Assembly (NCBI GenBank): GCA_964016885.1
Contig: OZ024742.1
Span: forward strand, 290,842,001 to 290,906,000
Length of the DNA: 64,000 nt
Direction of reading: 5' to 3'
Origin: Eledone cirrhosa
Taxonomy: Eukaryota
Shown here: in pieces, positions 25,099 through 37,402 of the stretch
Position numbering within the stretch: the stretch's first letter is position 1
Layout of the letters: every line of letters begins with the position of its first letter
Notes under the pieces: generated by a model
Told to the model about the DNA's origin: nothing
Database searches by the model: none
What the model saw: the letters and a program-made list of their open reading frames with translations, nothing else
Program-made: the position numbers and the translations under genes

Positions 25099-26250
25099 AT
25101 CTCAGAGTTGCCACACTTAATGTTGGCACTCTAACAGGTAGATATGGTGAGATAGTGGAGATGCTGGAAAGAAGGTATGTGGATGTGTGCTGCGTGAAAG
25201 AGGTGAGATGGCGAGGTGCCTCTGCAAAACTAAACATAGGCAAACATCTTAGTTATAAACTTTTCTGGGTGGGTAACAATGATGGATTAGGTGGAGTAGG
25301 CATTTAACTAGCTGAGAGATGGATTGATAAGACAATAGAGGTAGTTCAAGTAAGTAATAGAATAATTAAGCTTAGATTAGTTGTAGGCAAGAGACTACTG
25401 ACAATCATTTCTGCCTATGCTCCTCAAGCAGGCCTAGCTAAAGAAGAAAAAGACTGCTTTTACGAGCAACTTTTAGAAACAGCCGCAATGATAGAGGACA
25501 GAGTCATCGTTATGCTAGCAGAGGACTTCAATGGTCATGTTGGACAGCTCCAGGATGGATACACTGGGGTACATGGTGGTCACGTTTATGGCTCAAGAAA
25601 TGAAGGAGTGAGGCTTTTTGAATTTTGTGATAAGTGCACTAACCATTTGCAACACTAACTTCCAGAAACCTACCAACCACCTAATAACCTACAAATCAGG
25701 CGAGCACATAAGCTAGGTTGACTTCTTGCTAGTTAGGCAGCGAGACAGACAGATGGTGTCAAATACTAAGGCATATCCCAGGGAAGAATGTACCCCACAG
25801 CATAGGTTAGTTGTTAGTGACATCTTAGTAAGCAAGAGACAAAAGGAGACATACAGGAAGGTGTGGAAAAGAAAGGTCTGGAAGCTAAAAGACCTTTCAC
25901 TAAAATATGGATTTAGAAAAGCCCTTCAAGGTGTGTTTGACGAAAATGAAGACGATTTAGAATCGTATGACATAGATGATAACTGGAATTTCTTACGTGA
26001 CAACTTACTACTGCAGGCTACTGATGAGTGACCTGGTGGTGGAACAGCACGGTAGATAGGCCGTTAGAGACAAAAGACTAGCATGGAATGCTTGGAAAAA
26101 TGGTGGGAGTAGAGACGGATACACAGCCGCTAAGAGAGAAGCTAGACGTCAGGTGTACTTAGCACACGGGGTGGCTGAGAGTAGGAGATTTGCCAATGTT
26201 CTGCGACGGGAAGATCAGAGACGTGCGGTGTTCCGCATTGCAAGACTGTG
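25099..26250 (+). mobile_element. Degenerate RTE LINE, 5' part (APE endonuclease)
   Basis: LRVATLNVGTLTGR..VCCVKEVRWRG, ISAYAPQ, DFNGHVG and ECTPQHRLVV, with stops and frameshifts. Confidence 0.88.
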
Positions 26251-26261
26251 TCAGTGTAAAT

Positions 26262-28593
26262 CAGGATGTAGACCCATTTGGACCATGGGTTGCAAAGTCA
26301 GGGTGGTAGTGGGGATAAGCTCCGTCTCAAATAGCCTCTGACAACCCAGTCCAGCTCCTGGCCTTCTCATGTGGCTTAGTCTTAAAGCCCGGCGGTCCTG
26401 TTTCAATTCGACAGAAAAAGGGACAGAAGGCGGGTTACTGGCGCCTTACAATAACCAGTTGCTTCGGGCAGATGGGACTCGTCAACCTTGGTTGGTAGCT
26501 CATCCAGGAGAAGGAGAACTCTGATTTTAAAACCACCGCTGCCTTGTTAGGACTATGTGTCGTGGACTCTCTGCTCACCTGCAGCGAATCGACGTAGCCT
26601 GCCTCCAGGAGACTTGACTGGCTGACAGCGGCACCATCAGAGAAGCTAGCTACACATTCTTCTGGCAAGGCTTGCCCTCAGGAGAACCCCGTCAGCTCGG
26701 TGTTGGCTTCGCTGTGAGAAACACGCTTGTTACCTCCATTAGCTCCCTTCATCAGGCACTGAGAGAATTATCACACTCCGACTGTCCACTTCCTCTGGCT
26801 CAGCATGTATGGCCCAACCCTCTACTCAACCCTGGAGGAAAAGAACTAGTTCTACGAGGCGCTAGATGATGTGATATCCAAGATCCCCAATACTGAAGCG
26901 TTCTACCACCTCAGCGGCTTCAACGCTAGAGTCAGAGCTGACCGTGAGGCCTGGCCCTCTTGCCTTGGTGCCTATGGACGCGGGAAGATCAACGAGAACG
27001 GCCAGCATCTGCTGGAGCTCTGCTGCTTCCACGGTCTGTGCATGGCCACCATCTTTTTCCAGTGCAAGGAGATCCACCAAGTGTCCTGGAGACACCTGCG
27101 CTTACACCACTGGCACCAGCTGGACTTGGTCATCACCAAGCGGAGGGATCTTGCCAGCGTCCTCCTCACCCATACCTACCACAGTGCGGACTGCGACACA
27201 GATCACTCCCTTGTTACCAGCAAGGTGCGCATGTCACTCAGGAAAATGCACGACTCCAAGAAGAAAGGACGCCCATGCATCAACACCTGCTGCGCCAACA
27301 ATCCAGAGAAGACTAAGCAGTTCCTGAGCAACTTTGGCGAAAACCTTGCCGAAAAGATGCCCACCGCCGACACTATCAACACCATTGACTCTGGGTAGTC
27401 TCACCTCTGGGACTCTGTCTATAACGCCGCTATCTCTGCCTATGGGAAGAAGGAGCGCAAGAACGCCAACTGGTATGAGGCCCACTGGAAGGAGATGGAA
27501 CCTGTGACCATGGTGAAGAGAAAAGCCCTCCTGGTTTACGAGGCAGCGACAAACCACAGCACACTAGCTGCACTTAGGGCCACCAGGAAAGCATCCCAAC
27601 AGACCGCCCGCAGATGTGCCAACACCTACTGGCTGGATCTCTGCAACAGCATCCAGGCAGCCACCGAATCAGGCAACGCAAGAGGGATGTATGAGGGAAT
27701 CAAGAAAGTGACCGGGCCCACCCCCACCAGGTCGGCACCACTCAAGTCCAAGTCAGGCGACGTGATCACCAATCAAGGGAAGCAACTACAGCAATGGGTG
27801 GAGCACTACCTCAAGTTGTACGCAACCCAGAGCGTCATCACCAACTCCGCCCTTGTTGCCATCCCCGACCTGCCGGTGGTGGAAGAGCTCGACATGTCGC
27901 CCACATGGGAGGAGCTCGGGAAACCCATTGACTGCCTCGCCAATGGGAGGGCCCCGGGGAGCAACGGCATACCTGCGGAACTTCTGAAGCACGGGATACC
28001 TGCGCTGATCCAGCCCTCCTCTGCTGGGAGAGGGGACACATACCCCAGGACAGGCGTGATGTTATCATCATCACCTTGTACAAGAACAAGGGAGACAGAA
28101 GTGACTGCAACAGCTATCGAGGTTCTCCCTTCTTAACATCGTGGGAAAGGTGTTTGCCTGAGTTGTCCTGACTCGTCTGCAGACCCTTGCCTGCCGCGTC
28201 CACCCTGAGTCTCAGTGCGGCTTCCGTGCTGGACGATCAACTGTGGATATAGTGTTCTCATTGTGCCAACTTCAAGAGAAATGTCAGGAGCAGCAGATGC
28301 CTCTCTACCTCGCCTTTGCCGACTTGACGAAGGTGTTTGACCTGGTCAGCAGGAGCAGACTCTTCAAGCTTCTTCAGAAGATTGGCTGACTCCACACCTG
28401 CTTGCTGTTGTCGTCTCGTTCCACGAGAACATGCACAGCACAGTCTGCTTCAACGGTGCTACATCCAAGGCCTTCCCTGTTAGCAGTGGCATGAAGCATG
28501 GCTGTGTCCTTGTGCTGACACTTTTCAGCATCTTCTTCTCGATCCTCCTCCAGTACTCCTTCAAGGACTACAGCGATGGCGTGTACATCCACA
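26262..28593 (+). mobile_element. GC-rich RTE LINE of a different (BovB-like) lineage, degenerate and 3'-truncated at a PLE insertion
   Basis: GVGFAVRN, FNARV, HWHQLDLVI, ADCDTDHSLV, APGSNGIPAELLK, ESQCGFRAGRSTVD, SSGMKHGCVL. Confidence 0.88.
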
Positions 28594-30350
28594 CTAATAT
28601 TATAAATGGCGCTGTGAATCTGATTCACAGTGCCATTTATATTAGACGCAGTTAAACTTATTCTGGAAAACAACACTTTCTTCTTCAATGGAAAGAATTA
28701 CATCCAAATTAGAGGCACAGCGATGGGAACGAAGTTTGCTCCCGTTTACGCGAACTCTGTAATGGGATACTTAGAACAACAACTCTACCAAGAAATAGAG
28801 GAAAAATATAGTACTGACTTTAGAAAGTACATTGAAAAATCTTGGAAGAGATACCTTGACGACTGTTTCATCATCTGGACAGAATCTCTAGATACTCTGG
28901 ATGAGTTCAATATCCTCCTGAATAACCTACACCCATCTCTCCAATTCACAAAAGAGATGAGTAGGACCAAATTACCATTCCTAGATATAATGATAATCAA
29001 AAACGACACCACCATTACCACGGATATATATTATAAACACACAGACACCCATCAATATCTGAATTTTAAGTCGTGCCATCCACCTCATACAAAACGCAAC
29101 ATCCCATACTGCCTAGCCAGAAGAATTTGTACCATTGTAGAAGATACGAATACCAGGTACAAACGCCTAACAGAACTAAGAGAATTTTTGCTCAAACAAA
29201 TATACCCATCCCTACTTATAGAAAATGGCATACAGCGGGCTATAAAAATACCTATACAACAACTTAGGACAACCCAAGGAAGAAGAAACCAAGAACTGGT
29301 CATACCATTTATAATGACACACAACCCATGTCATCAGAATATCTTCAACACTGCCAAAGCAAACCTACCGATCATTGCTCAAAGTAATGAATTGAAAGGC
29401 TTAATCACAGATCGATCTTTGACTCTTAGTAAAAGACAGCCGAAAAATTTGAAGCAATTACTAACAAAAGCAAAGTTTGACCTTAACAACAAAGACCAAT
29501 CATTCACTGTATCTAAATGCAATGATAGTCGATGCAGCACATGTCAATCCATACACGCTGGTGAAAACAAAAACTGGAAAAATATTCCCAAATGCAAATA
29601 TGAACTGCAAAAGCAGAAATCTAATTTACTGCATTAAATACCCGAATTGTGAAGAACTATATGTCGGTCAAACTGGAAATGCACTATCAGAACGTGCACG
29701 GGTACACCGTCAGCAAATCAGAGACCCAAATGTCCGTCAGATACCCCTAAGTAACCATCTAGCAACATGTGGTCAGGGAATATTTATAATATTCCCATTC
29801 TACAAATTACACAGCCCAAGTGAAATCAAGAGAAAAATTAAAGAAAAGAATTTTATTGATAAATTAAAACCCAAGCTAAATGAACAATAATAATGCTTAG
29901 GGGTATTACTTCTACTACCACTATGACCACGACCACTAACAACAACAACAACATCAATAATAATAATAATAAAAGTGATGTTGATGGTGATGATTACTAG
30001 AAAATGTTATTTTCATCATTTCTAAAAATAGCAAAACAATTGATGCTTTGGATAGGATCAATTACTGGTCGTTAGACATGCTCAACCAACCGTGACGCCT
30101 CAACCAATCGGCTTTAGTAATTCAGTGAAACTACACACCGATTGGTCGAAATACAGTTTGCAAGATTTAGCATTCTGGAGCCACTTTTCACTGTATATAA
30201 GGTAGAAAATTTACCATCTCATTACAGTTGAAAATTGCAAAGTTGACTCACCACACATTATGAACCTGAAGATTGCGAAAGCATGAAAGTACTTGTTCAA
30301 TTAACACTTAACATTTAATATTCTATCATACTATTTCATTATAATACCAT
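28594..30350 (+). mobile_element. 5'-truncated Penelope-like element (Neptune-like Cys linker) with 3' UTR/pseudo-LTR
   Basis: ORFs 28630-29637 and 29477-29890 carry YIQIRGTAMGTKFAP, WKRYLDDCF, LPFLDI, CNDSRCSTC, NLIYCI..YVGQTG and PKLN. The 3' UTR has TATATAAG (about 30194) and a hammerhead. Confidence 0.92.
30261..30299 (+). ncRNA. Minimal type I hammerhead ribozyme in the PLE 3' UTR
   Basis: Stem I TGAAC/GTTCA; core CTGAAGA; stem II TGC-GAAA-GCA with a U-U closing pair; GAAA; palindromic stem III AAGTACTT; predicted cleavage after CUU. Confidence 0.7.
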
Positions 30351-30411
30351 TATAAATTTTAAAGGATTGTAAATAAAACGAGTAAATCAGACAAAGTTAG
30401 AATTCCTCTTA

Positions 30412-30452
<41 letters not shown>

Positions 30453-30678
30453 GTATTTCGTTTCTGAATTTGTTTAGCAAGATTCTTTATCTGAAATCGT
30501 GTGTTGAAACCGATATTGTTATACTTTGGGAGGGTCATGTTGCCAATAAGAAACACACGCACCAGTTGCTTTCACTTCAGTTTATTATATATTTATAAAT
30601 TTATAAATTTACAAATCTATAAATTTATAAATTTCTGGTTGGTTGGTTGGTTCCACAACCAGATAGTTGTTTATATAT

Positions 30679-30723
30679 AGTCATAGTCCATTCGTCACAC
30701 ACTCTGTGACCTCTTCAGTGACT
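30679..30723 (-). ncRNA. Mirror hammerhead copy, left arm, with a GAAA>GAAT core mutation
   Basis: Reverse complement reads AGTCACTGAAGAGGTCACAGAGTGTGTGACGAATGGACTATGACT. Confidence 0.5.
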
Positions 30724-31483
30724 GGGGATTCCTTTCTTTGTTTCTGTGCCTTTCCTTTCTTCTGTCCTACGCCATTTTGTTTCTGTGTGTGTGTTGTGTG
30801 CTCAGTTTGTGCATGCGCCACATCCGGGTGTCTGTGTGTGTTTGTGTTCATTTATCTATTTGTTTATTTATTTACATGTTATTGGTTGGTTGTTTGTTCT
30901 ATGTGTGTGTGTGTTTTCATTTTGTCCTTAATTGTAAGTTGTGATGTTGCTGTTCCACTCATATTTTCTATTTAATTTTGGTTGTAATTCTTTTATGTTT
31001 ATTGCCTCTGTAATTTGTCTAAACATTGCATCTTTTCTGTGTGTAGATTCTATTTTTATTTCTATGTTCTCTAATTTACCCTTGTGTTCTATCTTAGCAT
31101 GTTGGTAGAGTACAGATGAACACAAGGGTAAATTAGAGAACATAGAAATAAAAATAGAATCTACACACAGAAAAGATGCAATGTTTAGACAAATTACAGA
31201 GGCAATAAACATAAAAGAATTACAACCAAAATTAAATAGAAAATATGAGTGGAACAGCAACATCACAACTTACAATTAAGGACAAAATGAAAACACACAC
31301 ACACATAGAACAAACAACCAACCAATAACATGTAAATAAATAAACAAATAGATAAATGAACACAAACACACACAGACACCCGGATGTGGCGCATGCGCAA
31401 ACTGAGCACACAACACACACACAGAAACAAAATGGCGTAGGACAGAAGAAAGGAAAGGCACAGAAACAAAGAAAGGAATCCCC

Positions 31484-31528
31484 AGTCACTGAAGAGGTCA
31501 CAGAGTGTGTGACGAAAGGACTATGACT
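31484..31528 (+). ncRNA. Hammerhead ribozyme motif, right arm of the palindrome
   Basis: Stem I AGTCA/TGACT; CTGAAGA; stem II GTCACA..TGTGAC with one extra G; GAAA; minimal stem III; CUA triplet. Confidence 0.6.
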
Positions 31529-31713
31529 ATATATAAACAACTATCTGGTTGTGGAACCAACCAACCAACCAGAAATTTATAAATTTATAGATTTGTAAAT
31601 TTATAAATTTATAAATATATAATAAACTGAAGTGAAAGCAACTGGTGCGTGTGTTTCTTATTGGCAACATGACCCTCCCAAAGTATAACAATATATATAT
31701 GTATATATATATA

Positions 31714-34700
31714 CTAGCTGAGCTACCCGGTGATACCCGGGTATTTTATGAAAGTTACAATATATTTGGCACACATTACAAAATATTTGACCGTTCAAAT
31801 TTGATTGCTGAATTTTAACCAAAGTAGGAATTATAGCAGAATATTTATTGGCGTTTGGTCAAAGTAAATCATCTAGATAAAAATATTAGTTTTTTCCAGT
31901 GGTGATTTTTTGAATACTGCTCCCTATTACAGTCAGCATATATAATGCTTTACTCATAGATGAATCATTAGGTATGTTGTCAGTGAAAAGGGCATGACCA
32001 AAAAAATACATTTAGATTTTTTTTATTTATCCTTTTCTTTTTTTTTTTTTTGCTCAATCTGAACCTCTGAAATTCAAACAACATGTAAATACTATTTTAA
32101 AAACCATAAATAAAATAAGAAAATAAATTTAGCATTGGTTTATGATTGAATGAAGCATTTACTTACTCATTTCTGTAATTTGAGGAAAGTGTATTTAAAT
32201 TTGTACACTGTAGCTTTCACCAATCTTTGCCCTTATGGCAGTAGGATCTTGTTTGAGGGAGATTTGTTTTCTATTCCTATTAGCTATACCAACAGTTATA
32301 GTGGCTCACATGACATACACACATGTATGTGTGTAAGACAGTTGTTTGTGATTTGAAATGGATTTTGCTAATATTTCTAGTAGATCGAGTTATCACATAG
32401 AACCATTCCTTTTTGCTTCATACATATATACATACCTGAGAAAGTAAGGTGAGATTTGAAGGAAATTTGGCTGTTATTTCTACCCAACAAAGTCCTCACT
32501 TATACTACTTTATATAGCAGAGGTACCCAGGAATGCCTGCATATTCTTCCAAAGTAACACCATGCAGTAAATTTGTGGCTTCAGAATTCCTTGCAAACTA
32601 CATGACTAAGGAATTAGGATCTGTGTGTATTGTCATTGAATGAGGAATTACAACATTGCTCATTCCGAAGCCTCTGGATAAACAACATTCTTGGTTTTGC
32701 CCTATGGTGCCACAATGAAGAGACAATCAGGGTTCCCAACCCTTGTTGTGCCAACATTTGCTTCAATTGCTCCTTTATGGCTCATAGTAACTTCATCCCA
32801 AATTATCATCTTGAATTTTTGCAGAAGCTTGCCCTTGGGTGAGTTCTTCTTGATGTTGCAAAAAGATTGTTCATGCCATGTGAGATCTATGGGCAGCTTA
32901 AACATGGAGTGTGCAGTTCTTCCTCCATCCAAAAGTGTTGCTGCAATGCCACTTGAAGCCACAGCAAGGGCAATATGTTGCTTTTGGCGAACTTTTGCAA
33001 GCACAAGATTTATGAGGAATGTCTTGCCTGTCTCAGCAGGAGCATCGATGAAGGAAAGTCTTCCCCTGTCATTTTGAACGTTTTCGATGATGTTGTGGTA
33101 GGCGTATTTCTGGTCATCCATCAATCGAGGTTCATTTTCATCCACAAACTTACGCAATGCTTGAATATCGTAATTTGTCTCCCGAAAAATGTCTTATGCT
33201 ACCTCCATTCCTTCATCTGGCTCTGGCATCCCGCAGTTAGCTAATGTGCTATTCATTGCCTCAACTCGATGGGACAGGTCACAGAGAGCTTGATTGTAAA
33301 TCCTGGGGGTATATTCCATATACATATTGCCATGATGTCTTCGTGCTAGGTGTAGTCGTCCGACATATTGTTTTTGTACTCCTGCCAGAGTAGATGAGCT
33401 TCATCAATTCCACATGCTGTGAGCATAATAGTAAATAATTGTCTTATTTGACTGGCTACTTGAGTGATTGCTGCTTCTTCTAGGCACTTCTTCCATTGTC
33501 CATTGTCATGCAGGAGTCCATGCTGTTTACATGCTTCTTGGTATGTTGCACACTCCCTTCCTCTGAAGCATCTAAGATCCTCAAATGATGTTGGTCCTCA
33601 AACTGTATGCAGAAATAGCCGTAAATAAAAACATTCTCTGTTGTTGGGATGTACATTGTAAACACGCCCAATATCATCAGTTGTCTTGACTTCATGACCT
33701 TCCACTAAATGACCCTGCTTTCTTCGATTCCAGGTCTTGCAATTGGTCCAGGTGTAGTATGTTGGGACTTCAGCATATAGGAGGGATCGAGCAGATTCAT
33801 CATTCTGGCAGAGTTTAAAGAAAGCAGTTAGTGTAGTGTCATGTGATGCTTGTGCCAACTGATGAGCAGTGATCTCAGTGAAGTACACTCTGTGTCCATT
33901 TTCCAGATGGACTGCGAGATTGACCACTGTTGGGTGGCGTTGGTGGATATCAAATCCAAAGATTCGCCAGATAGCTTCATTGCTGGAGATGTATCGACCT
34001 GTTTGATACCGTTTGACCTCATCCAGCTCACCATCATTGAGTTCTTTGTCAGTAATAAAGGTAGCCATGTCACTGCCCTTGTTGATATATTTTGTGACAT
34101 ATAGGATTGCCTTGACGGAGCTGCAATACTCAACATTGATATGAGCTTTTAAAAGTTTACACAACAATTTGTTGTGGGACGACCCACTGATTGTTTATTG
34201 TCAGCTCCTCTCCTCGAACTGTTAGGCTTGCAGTATTGCCTCCATGTTCTGGTCTACGCCTAAGACAAACGGAGTATCCATTATTGTCAGTCCGAGTTTC
34301 CCGAATAAAAGCTCTATGATAATGTTTGCTGCATTTTTTATCTTTCATGCAGGGAGAGGCTGGATTGATGACTCCACATGGACCATGAATGAGTTTGGAC
34401 TTGATGGTTTCAAAGAGCTCTGGATCACCACCTTTATCAGGCAGCTCTGCTGAAATGATCTTATCAACATCATCTGGTCTTATCTTCTTCTTGCACCAGA
34501 TTAGTGTGTGAGAGTGAAGAAGATCTCTCTTCTGCCACTCAATAGTGGTCATCCAAGCACTAAGCTCACCAAAGATTCTTCCTTCTTTTAGGAGCCAGAT
34601 GAGTTTTCTTTGCTTTTTATGGAAAACCCGAGCAATGAGATCATGTCAATCCTTTGGTTTTTGATTTTGAAATAATTCATTTGATATTTCTGACCAGTTT

Positions 34701-36095
34701 GAATTGCATGTAAATGTAATGAAGAGATCTGGCCAACCAAATTTTCTGACATAGGCGTACGTTCATGCATGTAACGTGATCCTCCCGTGAAGCTTGATGA
34801 TAGTATGACTGACTGGCCAATATTTCTTGGGTCAACATCAGAATTGATGGTATCTCTAAGGTGGATGTAGTTATCTGCCCTCAACTTAGTTTGATTCCTT
34901 CGCAGAAAACCCAATCTTTCTGTTTCAATTTTGGCACACATGTCCACCATGAACTGGCTGGTTACTTCGCAGAACTTGGTTGAAGTGGTCACGTACCATG
35001 AAATGATAAGCATTGAATTCTTTGCAGCTGATTGATCGGCAAGTTTCTTGTCCCGTTCCTGGGCTGATATGCCATAGCTGAAAATGATATCCATCTTGAC
35101 CATTCCAAAAGATGAGCGGATATTGAAGTGAATCATAGGCTCTGAGTTTCACAAATTCGCTCCAAATGTCCACTTCGTTTTTGCAAAACAATGTCACGTC
35201 GTTCATGCTGTTCATCAACCATTATGATTGCAACTTCATCAGTGACAGGTGCATTAAATCTGCATTCATGTTCTGAAGCTGGGTGTTTGTCTGCCCTAAT
35301 GATGATTTTACGATCTCTGGTGTTGTTCATATGCTCCAGTGCATATTTATATACACTGACGTACATCTGATATTGGTGAAGAATTTCTCGTAACTTTATG
35401 ACTATGTAGAACTGCAATCCACCATGGACATTGGTACATCTTTGTTGTGCCTGTGTTTCATTTCCACCCATGAAGTAAACCTGCACAAATTTGTGAGGCT
35501 CCTGTGAAAGTGGCAGAAGGCCACCGATTAAGTGGTAACATTGTCCCTGAATTTTATAAGTTGTACAGAATCTAAAGTCAGTCACATTCCTGTCAGCCCC
35601 AAAAGATGTCATTTGAAAGGCAGAATTATATTTTATGTTGTATTTATTGAAGTTTCTGGTGTATGCTGAAAGAGCAGATTCTTCAGAAATTCAGGAGGTT
35701 CTTGTATTGTTTTAAGGCTCACTTTGCCTTTTGAGCAGCATAAACTTGGTGTTTCTGCTGCCCTCTTCTTGGCACCACAATACTGGCAGCATTTGTTCAT
35801 TTTCCCAATGTTGATTTGTGGATTACTGCTGTAGTCCTTTTGGGGGTCATAAGAAAAAGCACCCATCAGCCAGTTCATTTTACTTGTGGCTTGTTCTCCT
35901 GCTTGGGCAGTAGAACGATGTGCTTGATTAGCATTTTGTCTGATTTGCTGCTGTTCCTTAATTTGTTGTTCTCGTGTAGCAACAGTCCTTTGTTCCCTTT
36001 CATCCAAACGGTGTGCTCGTGCTAAAGCTGTTTGGGCTCTGTTAGCAGCCAGATAGGCATGCCGAACTTCTTCACTTTCTACAGATCGCTGTGTT
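31714..36095 (-). mobile_element. Degenerate Helitron (Rep/Helicase); 5' end not located
   Basis: Minus-strand 3' hairpin CCCGGGTATCACCGGG then CTAG|T at 31714. ORF fragments carry FTGGSRYM, EWQKRDLLHSH (HUH), YVTKYINKG, DAPAETGKT and IIWDE. Confidence 0.92.
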
Positions 36096-36098
36096 TTC

Positions 36099-36337
36099 GG
36101 ACGCCATGCTTTCCAGCATAGTTACGTCCCTTTACGGTCTGAGTTCAAATCCCGTCGAGGTTGACTTTGCCTTTCATCCTTACGGGGTCGATAAAATAAA
36201 GTACCAGTAATGTACTGGGTAATTGCTGGCCTTGTGCCTAAAGTAGAAACAATTATTACACACGACACAATAAAATAAAGTACCAGTAATGCACTGGAAT
36301 AATTGCTGGCCCTGTGCCTAAAGTAGAAACAATTATT
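36099..36337 (+). mobile_element. 5'-truncated SINE with a duplicated 3' end
   Basis: B box GAGTTCAAATCCC and core. The tail ATAAAATAAAGTACCAG...GTAGAAACAATTATTACACAC is present twice. Confidence 0.85.
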
Positions 36338-36779
36338 ACACACCACACTCTTTCCGAAATAGAAACAACTATAGAATGTATTGTTCACTCAGTAAAGTTG
36401 TTTTAAATGATCTCTTTATATGAATGTATATTAGGTGTAATTAATTTTAGACATATCTAGAAAATATTGGGACTTCAGATTGTATCCCAAAAAACGACGA
36501 ACACTACAAAAAAAATATTTTCTGTGTTAATTCAAATAACAGCGGAAAATAATATATTCAAATAACATCTTTTAAAAATACCGTTTTTTTTTTTGTCTGT
36601 TAAATACATACATATATACAACTTCTATAAAAGCATCTGTGATTTCCTTAGACATATGTAGAAAATAAGCTTTGATGGTAACATATATCGTCTGCTAAAG
36701 AACGCCCCCCCCCCCCATAACACACACATGTGTGTGTAAATATACATATAAATGCGGACACACGTTAGTTAAAGAATCC

Positions 36780-37402
36780 CTCAATCACTCTCCCTCTCTC
36801 CTGCCTCTTTATTTTTTTTTCTCTCTCCCATCTTCTCTCTTTTCTTATTGTCTTTCTCTCCCCATCCGCCTCACTCCCTTTCTCTTTCTCATCTCCTTTC
36901 TTTCTTTCTCTCACTCATCCTCTACACAATAGTAAACAAAAAATAAATAAAAGATAAATAACAATGGGAGAGTTAAGAAGTGTGGAAAAATAATAAATAA
37001 ATAAAAGTTAATGAACGCTAGCCACTTTCCCTCTCTCTCTCTCTCTCACCCCCCCCCCCCCTCTCTACGGAATAGAGAACAAAAAATAAAGAAAAGATAA
37101 ATAACGTTAAGGAAGCAGGAGAGTTAAAAAGTGTGTAAAAATAATAAATAAATAAAAGTTAAGAACGCTGGTTACTTTCCCTCTCTCTCTTTCATCATCT
37201 TTCTCTCTCATCCTCTCACTCTCTTTCTTTCTCTCTCACATCACCCGTACTCTCTCTCGCCCATCTCCCACTCTCTCTCTCTCATCCCTTACTCTCTTTC
37301 TTTCTCTCTCACATCCCCTTACTCTCTCTCCCATCCACTCTCTCTCTTTCTCTCTCTCCCATCTCCCACTCTCTCTCTTTCTCTCTCTCATCCCTCACTC
37401 TC
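36780..37402. repeat. CT-rich low-complexity tract containing a ~140-bp direct duplication
   Basis: (CT)n/CCCAT runs. AAAAGATAAATAAC..GAGTTAA..ATAATAAATAAATAAAAGTTAA..GAACGCT occurs at about 36950 and 37092. Confidence 0.7.

Larger units (their letters stand above)
30513..31694. mobile_element. Head-to-head inverted pair of PLE 3' fragments (577-bp arms, 28-bp spacer)
   Basis: 30513-31089 is the reverse complement of 31118-31694, with two mismatches seen. Encodes the GIY-YIG C-terminus SVLYQHAKIEH..RQITEAINIKELQPKLNRKYEW, followed by a hammerhead and AATAAA. Confidence 0.88.

Noticed and set aside
26330-26445. Possible HDV-like or twister ribozyme in the RTE 5' UTR
   Set aside because: A GCC-loop-GGC element resembles P3/L3, but the nested pseudoknot could not be built by eye. 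A covariance-model search is needed.
30667-31540. Duplicated Cys/Val/Phe-rich 102-aa ORFs on both strands
   Set aside because: These are antisense readings of the CA-rich PLE 3' UTR, duplicated by the palindrome.
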